64,000 nucleotides of DNA from positions 19,504,303-19,568,302 of the forward strand of contig CM082577.2 in NCBI GenBank assembly GCA_040954595.2, read 5' to 3'. The first letter of the stretch is position 1. Each line of letters begins with the position of its first letter. This stretch comes from Balanoglossus misakiensis. Taxonomy: Eukaryota; Animalia; Hemichordata. Below are positions 13,048 to 27,274 of the stretch, piece by piece. Below the pieces are notes generated by a model that made no database searches, was not told the origin of the DNA, and worked only from the letters and a program-made list of their open reading frames with translations. Made by a program: the position numbers and the translations under genes.

Positions 13048-13201
13048 CTCATAAACTGGTATAGTTTTCTTAGCTGTATAGCTGGTGAGATCCCAGACCA
13101 CCACAACACTATCTCTTGCAGAGCTCAGCAAAGTATTTCCATCATCTGTAAAGCTGAAGGCTGTGACTGCACTAAAATGACTCTCTAAACTTGAAATACA
13201 T
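13048..13201 (-). CDS. TBL3: TBL3 exon (154 bp): CISSLESHFSAVTAFSFTDDGNTLLSSARDSVVVVWDLTSYTAKKTIPVYE
   Basis: Acceptor gacag|, donor GAG|gtcagt, phase 2/0; WD40 repeat with TBL3-like HFSAVT and TIPVYE. Confidence 0.95.
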
Positions 13202-13845
13202 CTGTCAGCAAGAATTGCAAGGAGAATAAACCAGTCATAAATCAATGGTTCTCACATTATACCTCAAGACATCGATTTGTAGATAATAAACATAGCGTCA
13301 AGGACACTGTGGTCCCATATGGGGATTACATTGAAATAGGTATACACCAGAATAAAAATCACAGGTGACATTGGCAAGCAGATATGACCTAACCATATAA
13401 ATATGGAAATGTTAAAAAATTAATAAGAACATGCCCATGCTAGAAAAATTAATTTTTCACCAAAAATAGTCTATACATATGACACATGTGACAAGCAACA
13501 TCTTTCAGTCAGCCCTGGGCCAGACAGACGGACAGACAGACAGAGACGCTCACTGATCTGCCTCTGGTAATTAATATTGTGGAATACTTTTTGTTCGCAT
13601 GGAATTTATTTTGGCTACTTTCGTGGAGGTATTTTTGTGCGAAAATTTGTTCCAGCTTTATGTTTTGAACACAAAAGACATGAATATTAATGAGCTAGAT
13701 TGACTGTACTGACACAGTGACCTTTGTCCATTACTTGCATGTTATGTCTATGGAAAGCAATCTAATATGGAACATGCATGCCACCCACATTCAATCATTC
13801 ACAACAACACCATGTAAATGACAAAGTAAAATGATAAAAGTTTTA

Positions 13846-14203
13846 ACTAAAAAATACGCTTTATTGACAAAGAAGATTCTGGCACTTGAAGGTACCAGTA
13901 GGGACAGTTATCAAAATATTCTCCTAGGGGATGGAAACATCATGGCGATCTGTACGCTAAAAAACTAAAAAACTAAAAAATATGCTTTATTGACAAAGAA
14001 GATTCTGGCACTTGAAGGTACCAGTAGGGACATTTATCAATATTCTCCTAGGGGATGGAAACGTCATGGCGATCTGTACGCTAAAAAACTAAAAAACTAA
14101 AAAATATGCTTTATTGACAAAGAAGATTCTGGCACTTGAAGGTACCAGTAGGGACATTTATCAATATTCTCCTAGGGGATGGAAACGTCACGGCGATCTG
14201 TAC
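13846..14203. repeat. Tandem repeat, ~122-bp unit x3
   Basis: gctttattgacaaagaagattctggcac..ggcgatctgtacg occurs three times. Confidence 0.9.
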
Positions 14204-14400
14204 GGTTGATGAAAGCGGCCGCCATCAATGTGTCAAAATCATCCGTAGCCGTTTCACGTCCTTGGTTCCCTTACGCCGCACAAAATTTATTCTTTGAAGA
14301 ATCAACTTCATCCAGTCACCCGCTACATTGATATGACCACCAAACTCGGTGTTGGTAGCTACGGTCAAAACAGCTTTCTGTACTACATTGCCGTGGATCA
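14200..14400 (-). pseudogene. pogo/Tigger-like transposase remnant
   Basis: The minus strand reads EFGGHINVAGDWMKLILQRINFVRRKGTK, resembling the pogo CENPB-HTH/linker region. Confidence 0.55.
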
Positions 14401-15050
14401 GGTTAATCTGGCGTTCATGGTGGGTTAACTTCCTTCAACCAGCGATAGAGAGACATGATGACACTATGATGACAACAAGTCGAATGATGCTAGTCATTCC
14501 AAATACAGGGTTTAAAAGCTACAAAAATCGTTTGAATAGCAGCAAGCTGTGAAGAATATTTCACGATATATTTGGCTGTAAAAGTCACAACTTTTCACCC
14601 TTCACACTAACATTGCCGAAAAGATATAAGAGAATGGGAGCAATTCACCAATACGGAGTTATTATCACTTTGATAGCTGTGTTGTTGTGAGCAAACTACA
14701 TTGTTTGGATTGCCGACAGTCATTACGAACACCATATAATTGACACCATAACTAAAACTGGTTTAAAACAATAAAATCAAATGTTTGCCGGCTTGATTGA
14801 CACCCAAAACGCATTGTTTGACACCTAACGGCGGCCTGTGATGTTTGTGTTTGACGACTACGGTTTGTCAACGCCTGATTTCAATTAGGGTACACCACCT
14901 TGACTGATGACAATGTAAAGCGATCAGTGCGAGAATAAGGTTGAGCCGATGTATCGATTTTATCAATTGCGCCAAAATAAATTCCAGCGATAATAAAGTA
15001 TTCCACAGTAGTAGAATAGCTGGTGGTCTCTGTAACAACTGGTCAATTAA

Positions 15051-15579
15051 AGCCCCAGTATTTCTCGTGTGTATCCATTTTTCATCATCGAAAAATGCCC
15101 GTTTTTCCCGTACATTCATCATGGAATACTACATAATGAAGACAGAAGAAAGGTTTGGGCAACTGTAGCTACGTGCAAGCTGTAAATATTGCCCGTAACA
15201 CTTGAAATGATGCGCGGGTTTGTTTACAACGGACATGTTGCACATGTCGATCAGCAAACGTGCCACTTTGACATTTGATGGTCAGACCATTTTCGGATTT
15301 GATCTGGTTCCATCGACTGATTTCTCCCATAAAGTTATCTTCCCAAAATTTCGCCGAATTAGTGCGCATTTCTTCGCTGAGTCGCTTGATTTGGGGCGAC
15401 CAAACCTCTTCCGCATAGATTCACATTTGAGTGCGCATGCGCACTAGTCACGTGTGTCAACAGAGCCTGACTTTCTGTCCGGACAGAAAGTCATTCTTCA
15501 CTCGTTCTTATCATCTACTTTTAGAAATTATAGATGCCGTTTCAAACAAAATTTTGCCCCTACGAGAAATACTGAGGCT
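15051..15579. mobile_element. Kolobok-like MITE with TTAA TSD
   Basis: ttaa|agccccagtatttctcg..cgagaaatactgaggct|ttaa. Inverted copy at 44309-44877; empty-site paralogue at ~55620-55730. Confidence 0.85.
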
Positions 15580-16389
15580 TTAAAGTTATATAAACATATA
15601 GTGTACAGTCTCAGTTGGGGTACCAACTCCTTGTAAACAGTAACTTTCAAAGCAACTGGACAATTGGTTTACAAGGCGGAATTTTCAATCCCTGGTTCTC
15701 GCATTAGTAGGTGCTCCTCCTAGTCATACATTAGGCTAGTTGCGATGTTTAACTTACAGTACGTTAGATACACACACGAATCGCAACAATTTACCACCTT
15801 AGCTAATCCTGTAAACAGACCGTCAATTTGTGCTACCGGTAGTAGGCCTATAGCCAGATAAACGAAAACGATCGTCCAGCCAGCTAGCTACATATGAGCA
15901 CTGTTGTTACAGAGAGCTCGATCGCTCTGACGGCTTCGACGCTCGATTCAGGACTGTGTGTTATTTATATTGACTGTGCCTTCAACCACGTGTGATTGGG
16001 CTCGCCGATAGCAACACAGCCGTAACACGCGGCCGACCTGCAGGCTAGCTAGTGACAGGTACAATTTCTCTACCCAACTTGAGAGGGGTTCCGCTGCCCG
16101 AAATATACGTAGATCAAACTTTAGCCCGCCGGTCATCGAGTTTACTGATCGACAGAAATACACATAGAGCCAACAAAAGCAATTCAAGCTATAAATGACC
16201 AATGCGAAATTGTCTGCTTTCTGCTTTATTTAGATGATAATCGCGGTCACGGCGTCAGTCGACAACTTTTGCCTGGTCGTTGATGCTTGTCGAAAATGTC
16301 ATAGGAAAAAAACATAATTCGAATTGCTGATACTATAAATAATCATAGACAGTAGAGATGGTCTCTTTTCTACTCTGTACAAAAAGTTG

Positions 16390-17985
16390 TAGCCCGGAGA
16401 CCAGGGCGTCGATCTAGAATACAACGCCCGGGGACAGTCGAGCAAGCTGAAAGATAGTAGCCCTGGCAACGATCAGGGTCGCTTAGTAACGAATGGATAA
16501 CGAGTGATCTATCAAATGTTGACGGGCGCCAGTGGTTGGATGATATAATTAACAAAGCTTGGTTATGAATATACAGTGGAACGCCGATTATCCGAACCTG
16601 TTGGGCGGGTTAGATTTTGTTCGGATAATTGATTGTTCGGATAATTGATTTTGGCACGTCCCAACAAAGGAAATTGACCACACCATTGGGGCATGCGTAT
16701 GTTACGATGTTTCCCACATGCACATGCATTTTCAATGCACTCACAAAAAGAAGTTAATAAAATAATAAAACACAATTCGTCTTCTTTTATATAAAAAATA
16801 CATATATTAAGAGTTCAAAAGGTTAAGAAAGAAAAAAAGACGAAGTCAAAGCTGCAATGTTCTCATCCGTTCAACATCGTATGTGGCCGGTCATCGTACC
16901 AAACCACGGAACGTGCGTAGGCCTTCCATGGCCACAGTAGATTTCGCTAGAGCTGGTGTCTCGTTCTCTTTATCGTCCTAATTTTTCATGCAATGAGTTT
17001 ATTTCTGAGAAACAAAGTCGATGATTTCATCATACGTTAATGTTTCGAAGCTGTCATAGTTCTCGCTAGTCTCCAAATCTTCGATGTCAGTGACATTCAA
17101 ACCGCGCAAAAGAAGCTCTCCGCACGAGGTCACTTCCGCAAGTGACGTCTTGGCTGTCATTCATATCGGCGCTGCCATGGTCACCGACCGCGACCCGACA
17201 CGCCTTCACTGTGTCGCGGAATGAAGTCCATGCGTTTGAAAAGCCGTGTCTTTGATGTTGACACCTCGGGCGATCTCCGCCGTCTGCTCGCACGAGTCGA
17301 AGACGGGCGATCTCATCCAACCCATGGCTTTCATTTGTATTATCAACGACAGTGCTAAGCTTATTTCGGCGATAAATCTACTTCACACTATCAAAAAATT
17401 GCCAAAGCCGTGCCGACGCGACAAGTGATTTTGCGTGTTTTACACTTGGGTGTGAAATCCTAGTGTCGAATGTTACGATACCCGAAAGTGTGACACTCTG
17501 TTGTCGTAAAATGATTGAAATATTCAATGATAAAGACGTTTTTAACACGTCCCACCTCCCTTTACAACAGAAACAATTAGAACTGACCAAAGAAAACTGT
17601 CCGAAATGTCAGTTTTCCTGCGGAAATGTCACAGACCGCCGAGAAAACAGGTGCTTGGCATGGCTAATTAAATGTTCAGGGACCGTACCCGGGACCGTAC
17701 CAAAGCGTTCGGATAATCCGAAATTCGGATAATCGGCGTTCGGATAATCGGCGTTCCACTGTACACCTTCAAAACCACTCCCACATCCCGTTGCGGGAAT
17801 TTCACACATGACTCCACCTCTATTTCCTTATTTAGAATGCGATGATGTCATTTGGTTTACATTGAGTGACCAATTAGCTTACACACAAGATTTACCACCC
17901 GTGTCGTTCTACGAACAGAATTCTGTTCGTAAATAGAGACTGTCCCCGGGCGTTTCTTTTCCCCTACGCCCTGGTCTCCGGGCTA
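16390..17985. mobile_element. TAG..CTA element with 9-bp TSD (AcademH-like)
   Basis: aaaaagttg|tagcccggagaccagggcg..cgccctggtctccgggcta|aaaaagttg. Confidence 0.85.
16574..17761. mobile_element. pogo/Tigger-type MITE with TA TSD
   Basis: ta|cagtggaacgccgattatccgaac..ttcggataatcggcgttccactg|ta, with subterminal ttcggataat repeats. Confidence 0.85.
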
Positions 17986-18991
17986 AAAAAGTTGTGGATC
18001 ATGCTAGATTGGATATGATTGGCGTGACGAGAGAAATATCTCAGGAAAGCAGCTGACGAAATTTTGTTACAAGGCGCAAAGTTGTGCGTTACTTCCATCT
18101 TTGTATCTTGCCCCGGTTACTGTATGTCGGACATCGGTGGGCATAATCACCGTGAATATAAAACACTTCTTTTTTTCGGGAAGACGAGTCAAACTACTCT
18201 TTTCAGGCCCAAAGAATCTTTGGTCAGAGAATCCTGTGAAATGGTAAGATGGTTTTTTCGTGATAGTAGTAACTAGTAGTAGTAGAAAAGGTTTGCATTT
18301 TTACGTCGATTTGATCAACTCGTGTATTTTACAGCCATGACCTCGAAAAGTGAGCAGTCAATTGCACATCTACGATCTCGTGAAAACACATTCCAGTTTA
18401 CAGAACGCAGATAAGGAGATAGCAGGGCAATAGCAGTGTTTACTGCTTATACAGAATCAACACAGTTTGAGATTACGTAAACATGCGTCCGATTAGCGCC
18501 TCAGTTTACACAAGCGTTTGATTGACAGCGCGTTTGAATTCTCAACGGCTGAAGTTGTGGGCTCGACTCTCCACCGTCGACGCCAAGAAATGCTGAAAAT
18601 CGCCCCGGATTTGCGTCTGTCTGGGGAATTTACGCCATAAATCGGTAGGAGACATATTCATGGTGGAATTTGTATGCATTGTGAAGGGTTTTGCAGTCGA
18701 AAACTTCGGAAAATCACGCATTCTCGGGAACGTGTGTCCGCAGTTCACCCTTCAGAGTCAATTTACACAATGAACGCCGTCATTTGGCTACCCCTATATA
18801 TAGGGAAGCTCCGCCTTTAAACTACTTTGTCAAATTGAAATTTGGTAGGGGTAACCCAAGTAAGCTGTAAAACATTTACTGAAATTTGCGTATTTGTGTT
18901 ACAGTCGCCACCGGTCAATCGGGATCCTGATAAGAGGGATTTCAATGGGACGTTCCAACGTGAAACAAAATTTTTACATGTAAATTTTATT

Positions 18992-20110
18992 ATATATAAG
19001 CCCATGATATTTTTCTTTGTTTAACGTCATAGTATACGAGTGGTTTTCGCGAAAACCACGAGTATACGATGACGTTAAACAAAGAAAAATATCATGGGAT
19101 TATATCTTTATCACATGCACAGTCTTCTTATTTTTCGTTAGAAGAGGTAGAACAAAATATTCCAATATCTTGCTAAAATATTCGAGCGGCCTTGCAGTTT
19201 ATTTAGCGGGATTACGTTCTTTCCCCTGCGCAACGATCTGTGGCCCCCACGAGATATGCTAATTATGGAATCCCTTTCATTCATAAAGTGAAATCGACTT
19301 TCAAGTTTATACACTTTTGCGTCTTGTCTACCAATCAGATTCGCGCTGTGTACATGTCAACACAACGTCCTAGCAAGTCATCGCGTCGAGTTCACCCGCA
19401 AAGTTATGCTGCAAGTCGCAGTTTGACAGAAAAAATGACGCGCTTCATGTAAAACTTTATGAAAAAATAAACACAGTTCCATTGCCATATATCCTAAAAT
19501 CGTTATTGTGACAGGATATTAAAAATTATAGTCCAGGAACGATGTTCAAGGTTGCGTTTGCGTCGGCCTGGCTAGTCAGCGCAGTTGTGTTTCCGCAGAA
19601 ACTACAACCGTCGTACAGAATCTCATCCTTGAACCCCAGACAAATGTTTTCGATTCTTAAACAAATGAAATGCGACGTTTTTCCACGTCTTATACATTTC
19701 GTTGACCAGTGGACAGAATACAGAGTGTTAGTCATCCCGCTCAGGTGGCTCTAAACCATTCTCGTAACTTCTGAAGCCTAAAATCAAGTGTGCTGGCTTG
19801 CTCGGGACCAGCTGCAGGCTCGCTAGCTGCAAGCACACGTTCACGATCGTAGCGTCGACGTTTCAAATTCTACCTTTCTCGTATTGATTTTACCAAGCGA
19901 TATTCTTACGCAACCGTCATTTTTATTTCAATCGTGTACAACTACGGGTTTATGCACTTGTTATTCCGTTTTACAAGAAAGTTATAGCGACGGGCGAATC
20001 AGTGAAAATAGTTTCGGTTGATGACGTAGAACAGGGGTAAATTCGGATTTTTTGTTCGACCTGTTCTACGTCACACAGGTGGCTATACGGGCCAGTTCAT
20101 GTGATAAAAG
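18992..20110. mobile_element. Crypton-like element with 5' hairpin
   Basis: Hairpin at 18992-19105 centred on ggttttcgcgaaaacc, plus a ctttatcacatg/catgtgataaaag pair. Related fragments near 21050-21120 and 21650-21700. Confidence 0.5.
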
Positions 20111-20766
20111 GTTAAACAGAACATCATACCAGTTTTATAATTGGGATATTTTGATGCCGATTTGAACAATAAAGTAATACCGGTACTTGCTAACGAGTCC
20201 TTATAAGACTAGTGTTCACTCAGGGCTCGAAATTAGTTTTTTGGCTCCGAAGTGTTTACCCGAGGAGACTTTAGAAATGGGAATCAGCTACTTCCGTCCA
20301 TCAACCTGTCAAGAATGCATACCATTTTCTGGTAGGGATGTGTAGCTTTATGTTTTTGGCGGTGGTGTGTAGCTTTGAGGTGTTGAGGAAGAATTGGAAC
20401 AGTGACAGAAATCGGAACGGATTAGCCAGCAGTGTTTTCGCTACCCGCGAGAAAAAAGTTGTGTTTGGCGAGACGATTTTCATACAAATTAATAGTCAAA
20501 CTTGCTAAGCACTGCTATCTAACATCGTCGTTTGTTTTGCCCTGATGAACAGTGCACTACAACGCTGAAAGTGGACCGTTGTTCTGTTTATTGATCATCA
20601 CCCCCCCCCCCCCCCCCCCTGTACCATGAACATCGCAAGGCAATGCATTGAATTAAGCTCTTCCAGCTAGTGGTCGGACTCGCTTGATTTCCTGTATGTG
20701 TCTCTGGGGACGCAAAGAATGCATAATGCTTCTTTTCCTAATTTGCATATTTTGAATAGGTTAGGT

Positions 20767-22886
20767 CAATCTGATTAAAATCAGATGTAGGGAACGGCGA
20801 CTTGGTTTTTTTTATGCTGTCGCCTCACACTACATCTGACCAACTCTCAATGGAGCTCCCGCTGAACTCTACGAGATTTACTGGGAATATAATCCAATCA
20901 GAAGGCGCCTTATAGCAAATGATAGGCATCCCACAATCACATGACCTGGCCCCTTGCGGTTGTTACCATGGAGCTACCACAGACATATATCCCGGGCGCG
21001 AGAGTCGAATCAGCGTGGGGAATGGTTTCGAGCCAGTTCAGCGTGACGACTGAACCTCTATATTCCACCGATCAACGAAATGTATAAGACGTGGCAACAA
21101 GTCGCAGTAAAATACACGAGAGTGTACATACCGACTGCACAGTGGTGCACTGACTTGACTAGCTCTGCGTGCAGGTCTGTGTGTTCCCGGCGTTACACGG
21201 ACGTTAGAAGAAGTTAATCGCATCATATTTGGAGTCGGTTGAAGTAGACAGGGAAAGGATTTTGCTTCGATAAAATCGAATTTCGACAGAAAAAGCTGCG
21301 GTCGGGCGTCCGGGTCCGGACCGCAGACGCACCAGTTTTGTCTATGGGGCCTAATATGCAGGGCTGTGGTGCGTCGGGAACACACAGACCTGAACGCGGA
21401 GCTATGACTTGACATTCCTTAGCCGAAGTTAGCGTTCTTTTTAAAAATCTGTCACATAAATTGTTTTGGGATACATGGCAGTGAAATTTGGTTTATTTTT
21501 TATAAACTTTTACATGAAGTATGTCATTTTCCCGACTGGCAGCATGACTACGAGGGCGAACATGACGACTTATTAGGAGAGTTTATTAATGATCAACGAC
21601 AGTTCATCATTTGTATATGGCTACAGCTCGACGTTTCACTGCTCTGCAAAAACCACTCGCATACGATGACGCCAAACAAAGAAAGATATCATGGGATTAC
21701 ATGTAATTGTTAGGGACCGTTCAGTTTTTACGGCCGGGGGGGGGGGGGCGGCAAAATCCAGGGGGGGGTCACTTGAATTTTGAAGTCCAAAAGGGGGGGG
21801 GGGGTCATCTGGTTTTTTTAAACGTTTAGGGGGGGGGTCACATACTTTTGCCACCAAACTTTTGCTTTTGAGTCCACAAAATTGCAGTTTCGCGCCCTTT
21901 ATTTTACAAAATTTTCTGATCACACCCACCCCCTACATTCTTTGCAACATATCGATTTTTGCTGGTTGGACTATTCTACCAGGGCAGAGTGCTTGCCACC
22001 CCAAACCCACTGATGATAATATTTAACAAAGTTAATACATAAAGGAGAATAAACGTTTAAACCATTTTGCATAACTGATAGTTTCGTGCTGCATCTTCTA
22101 TATGCTGGAAGTTTTATAAATGATGTCATGACGAAGATGACGCCAAATCTTCTAACTTTGAGTGGAATGGCAAAAAATAAAATTGGTCCTCCCAAACATT
22201 GAGATGAATTTGCTTTTGAGTTCATAAAAATGCAACTTTGAGCTAAATATTTTACAAAATTTTCTTATGTGGGAGGGGGACACCCCCTCCCACGCCCGCC
22301 ACTTTTCTTGTTTTACTAATTCTAGCAACTATTGTATTGACTTGTCATTTTATTTTATTCATAGATTTCTTTATTGCTACGATATTATTAAATAATTCAA
22401 TTACTTTAAGAAATTTATAATTGAGGGGTGAGGAGCCCCATTCCCTTTATTGCATACAGTGTATACATAGGATCAGGACAGCGAATGTTTTCGGCGTGGG
22501 GGGGGGGGGGGGGTCATCATATTTTTGGGTCTGTCAAAGGGGGGGTCATCATTTTTTGGGGCTGGGTGAAGGGGGGGTCGGCCTGATTTTGAGAACCGAT
22601 GACACAAACTTGCCAGCCCCCCCCCCCCCCTGCCGTAAAAACTGAACGGTCCCTTAACAAGAGAAAGCCAATCTTTTGTATTCTGTGCGATACTCGAAGT
22701 CAACAAGAACAACATTTCTCCCATCTCCCAGTGCAATTCTTTAGTCGGCATAACACGCAATCTGATTGGCCGGGTCGGAACGCGAGAGTTCAGCGGGATC
22801 TCCATTTAGAGTTGGTCAGATGTAGTGTGAGGCGACAGCAAAAAAAAAAAAGTTGCCGTTCCCTACATCTGATTTTAATCAGATTG
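20767..22886. mobile_element. Non-autonomous DNA transposon with ~105-bp TIRs and 9-bp TSD
   Basis: aggttaggt|caatctgattaaaatcagatgtaggg..ccctacatctgattttaatcagattg|aggttaggt. Confidence 0.85.
21713..22653. mobile_element. Zator-like MITE (GG..CC termini, TTA TSD) with poly-G tracts
   Basis: tta|gggaccgttcagtttttacggc..gccgtaaaaactgaacggtccc|tta. Confidence 0.75.
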
Positions 22887-24354
22887 AGGTTAGGTCTGCC
22901 TTGACTTGAACGCATCAAGTGTACAGGTTGTTATGGAAGTTTCTTTTTAGAACCACGAGTGTTAGTCTCTGGGCCCAACCAGCAAAAAAAGGTTGTAGAA
23001 ATGTCATTATGTTGTATAGGAGTTTTGTTCTACATGAAATTAGCTGGAAATGACGGGTGGGAAACTATTGATGTGAAATCAGGTCACTTCTACCAAAAAT
23101 GATGGACCAGAGAGCAATGACTATTTTAAATTATTTCATATACTATGTTCACAACTGCTATGCATCAAATGGGGAAAATAAGTGATTGAACTTTCTGTTT
23201 GAACAATTCATGTATTTTTTTGCTAACACCTACACTACAAAAGTCAGCACATGACATTGTATACTTGAAAATGGAGAACTTTTTATCAAAACACTTCAGC
23301 TGATCTTGAATGCTGTCTGATATTTTTTTTTTTTAAATGTATTTCTTTCACTTTTAGACTTAGTCTAGTACTTCTACTTTCACAGTTTTTTTTTCAAAAC
23401 AAATTTCTCATAGCTTGCACTGGTGCAATTTGATATAATACACAATGAATTCCATCAGTATAACATAAGATACAAAATTTGAGAGGGAAATGACAGAATA
23501 TATTTGTGTGAGGCCATTTGTGTGTGCGGGCCATTTAAAACAGTTATTAGAGCCCTTGACAAGTGGTTTTTCCCCCTGCCAAGCACCCACCTTATCAGGC
23601 TGCAAAACAGTTCAGCATTTCACATTGGTGTTTGCAAATTGTTCCTTTCACCATAAAACCACTGTTCTCCAAACATGCTGCTGTGTCCTTGACGCTATTT
23701 TTTTTACCAATAATGTTGAAAAAGACAAAAAACTTCATAAAAAATAGAAAATTCATATTAGCTCAAAACATATAGGACTGTTGACATAAGGTACATGCAT
23801 ACCCATTTTCAAATCAATCTGACCAGTAGTTGTTGAGTTTCTCACTTTTGACCAATTTCACATTTTCCCAGCTAATTTGTATATTTTTGACAATGACAAC
23901 TTATTTTGAACAAACTCCCATCTACAGCCCCTCCTGCATCTACACACCAAAAATCGAGGTGATACGCGCAGCGGTTTTCAACTTTTTGATGTAGACGGAC
24001 ATACATCCATACATACATTCATCCATACATCCATCCACCCAAACACACACACACATACATACAGACAGACAGACATACAGACAGACGCAACTGATTCCAT
24101 GAGGTTCCATTGTATATATACATACCAAAATTGGACCTGAAAATGCATTGTACGCTGGGAAGTTGATAGTCATGGAAAAATGTGAATGATGTTCACGATC
24201 ACTTCATGATACATGTTACAAGGTGTTGAGATGTTAATGAATGGTTTATTTGCTCATATTGCAGTCTCTCCAGGAAAACCAGCTGCGTTTCCAGACTGTG
24301 TAATAGAGAGACTGTGGGCGAGTCAATCACAATGAAAGGACTGGTATGACTAAC

Positions 24355-24447
24355 CTGCTTGTCTGTAAATCCCATACTTTAATCTTGTAATCATCAGCTG
24401 CAGAGAATAATTGTAATCTGGAAATATCCGGATGATACTGGAGCAGG
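24355..24447 (-). CDS. TBL3: TBL3 exon (93 bp): LLQYHPDISRLQLFSAADDYKIKVWDLQTS
   Basis: Acceptor cctggcag|, donor AG|gttagt, phase 2/2; WD motif VWDL. Confidence 0.93.
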
Positions 24448-24714
24448 CTGCCAGGAACATCCAAGATAAGAGTTATATATGTTAAAAAGGAAACACTGCT
24501 TTCTTTTTTCACCTAAATTTCACATTGAGAATTTAATGCTGTTGAGATAATGATTGTATCAGCAATCAACGGTCTTGCCCTCCTCACATTGCACTGGCAC
24601 ACTTCAATTTTGTACAGCTATTCTGTACCATCACTCCATCTACTAAAATCACTGTCCTAGTCTAGTATCTAGCCGTAATAATAATTAAATAAAGAATTAT
24701 ATAAAAATAATAAT

Positions 24715-24715
24715 T

Positions 24716-24786
<71 letters not shown>

Positions 24787-25020
24787 TTATTTATATAGCG
24801 TCAGTATCCACAAAAAATGTGATCAATGACGCATTAAGCAAAATAACACTACAACAAATGGCTAAAAAGCAGATTTAAAAAGTAAAGTTTTAACATTTTA
24901 TTTAAAAACAGATAAGTCTGGTGCCTGGCGAATGGTGAGTGGAAGATTATTCCAAAGAATTTGAGTAGCAACAGTAAAAGCACGATCACCATAACTCTTG
25001 GTGCGTGATCGAACAGCCGT
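24715..25020 (-). mobile_element. L2/Crack LINE 3' end with (TTA)n tail
   Basis: The minus strand reads GDRAFTVATQILWNNLPLTIRQ..FK*NVKTLLFK, then cgctatataaataaa(tta)n. On the plus strand this is (AAT)n at ~24718-24787. Confidence 0.75.
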
Positions 25021-25221
25021 AAGCTTCCAAAACTAATGTCTAGCCCCAACCATGCCATTGGCCCAATAAAACCTGTTACCCCTTGCTGGGAATTGTGATG
25101 TTTCTAGCTTCCCTCTATTAAAGGTGGTGTGGGTCACGACGTCAATTCCGGTTTAACCTGCTCTTCATGAGCAAAACATGGTCGACCTAGCAGTGTCATG
25201 TGTGTAGCTTTCTGTGCGTAA

Positions 25222-27274
25222 TTAGGGGACCAAGCGCCCTCAGGCGCTTGGTCCCCTTCTGTTATTGCTGGAGTTTTTCTTCTTTCTTCTTGAGTCGTTT
25301 TTTTGCTCCCGTTTTTCTTAAAATCGACATGGCCTAAGACCTTGAAATTTGGCACGGTGATTGGGGCCCATGAGTACTGGTGCACCTGCCCTTTGAATTT
25401 GTAATTAGTCACGTGACTTGGTGGCTATAATCGAGCGAAATTTTCAAATTGACCTAATTTGCACGTTAATGGGGGCATGTACATTCCTTTCGCGATTTTT
25501 GTAGACAATGTGGCCAAAATCCCCTGTGCCAAATTTCAAGGTCCTAGGCCACGTTGATTTTGAGAAGAAGATTTTTGTAATATTTTTCGCATTTTTTGGT
25601 GGGCTGAGGACGAACACTGGGGCATCGGACTTTGACCGTCATTACGTAATGTTGGATTGCAGTAGTCCTTGGAAAATCGGCTGAAATATGTAAACAGACC
25701 AGTGATTATTTTCCACGGAATGAATTTTGGGACAACACATTATCGGAGTTCAGGCTGTGTTAGGGCGTTTTATTGAATTACGCTGAGTTTGTTAGCTGTT
25801 GCCGTTCAAATGTGTCTACGCAGACCCGGCTACACTGGTTAACATTCAATGTAATGCGGCAGAGGACTTTGACCCTCAGTCGCTAATGTTGTGGGAGGTT
25901 TCATCATTAGCATGGTAGTCACATGTAGTGGATAGTAGTTCGGGAAATTGGCCGAAATACGTAAGCAGACCAGTGATTTTATTGCACGAAGGGAGTATGG
26001 GACCAGCAATAATCAGAGATCAGGCTTCGTTGCCGTTCAAAAGTTCCTACTTCAGCCGTGACGTTGCAACTGGATGTTCAGTATTGGGTTCGGCCCGCAG
26101 GTGGCCGTGGGGGTTATCAGGTCCCCCGTAATGGCACGCAGCTTCATGCAGCTATATGGGACCAAAATAATACGCCCGATTCGGGGGTCACCTGTGACAC
26201 CGTACCTGCGTAACTCTATTATGTGCATGCGTAATTGTGGGGTCAATGAAAGGGATGCTAGCGTGGTATTTGTTGCACATGGATCAATATGAAGTCCGAT
26301 TTTCCTGTCAAGTTGTGGGCGACCTTATGTGACATTTCACCTACTTTTGCTTAGTGAATAACAGCAGATGCATGCAGCTTTGGCGTGGTGGGGGGGATAT
26401 ACGGATGGGACCATAATGATATACCAAAGGCGGGGTCACCTGTTGCACCTGCCTAAGTCATTGATTTTGTACATTTAATTGGACACTAACCAACAGGGCG
26501 ATATGTGTGGTTTTTGTTCCACAGGGACGAATGTAAGTGTCAGTTGGTTTTTGCCCGAATGTATAAGGTGATTTGGAGGACCTCTGTCGTACAGTGATAT
26601 ATCTCAGCACGTTGTACAGGTGCAGCTTTGGTATTTGGAGGGATGAAACTATCATAAAATGCCAAATACAGGGGGATACCCGTGACACCTGCTTGATTCA
26701 TGTATTACGTGCATACCTAATGGTAGGCAAAGTGAAAGGGCTGCAAATGTAGGATTTGTTGCACATGACATAAGCAGGAATGAAAAATTTTTGTCAAATT
26801 TTTGGGTGACCTCAGGTGTCCATTGACCTGCTTTCCATATGTTAGCATGCACATCATATATAGCCAGGTGTTTGGAGGGGTAGGGTAGGACCCTCTGCGT
26901 CATGAAATGCTAAATTCCTGGGGCCACCTGTAACTTACTTGCGAAACTCATTACTATGGCCATATATAATTTGACCAACCCAAAGGGCGAGGATTTTCCG
27001 TTGTCTTGAATATGAACCAAATAAGAATCCTAATTTTTGGGTACCCTCACCTGACCTTTGAAGTACTTACTGAAGTACTTACAACGGAGAAGTTCACCTT
27101 TGGTTGTTGTGTTTGTACTTGTAGGACATGCATTTCGGATGGTTGCCTACTTCCCCATATCTCAACATCGAGAGCAAATACAGCCTACGCATTTGAATGG
27201 TACAACCCTGAATGGATTCTAATGGTTATTAACTCTATGCTTGGGCCCCTTCAATGCTGCTTGCAGCTTTAATT
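25222..27274 (+). mobile_element. ~2-kb HINE-like element
   Basis: 5' palindrome aggggaccaagcgcc..ggcgcttggtcccct; 3' cttgggcccct followed by the stem-loop gctgcttgcagc. Second copy from 57390 to the window end; fragment at ~6965-7280. Confidence 0.65.

Larger units (their letters stand above)
15674..18816. mobile_element. TTAA-type element hosting nested insertions
   Basis: Right end gggaagctccgcct|ttaa and decayed left end aggcggaatttt. A homologous copy at ~39666-41713 carries a different insert. Confidence 0.6.
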
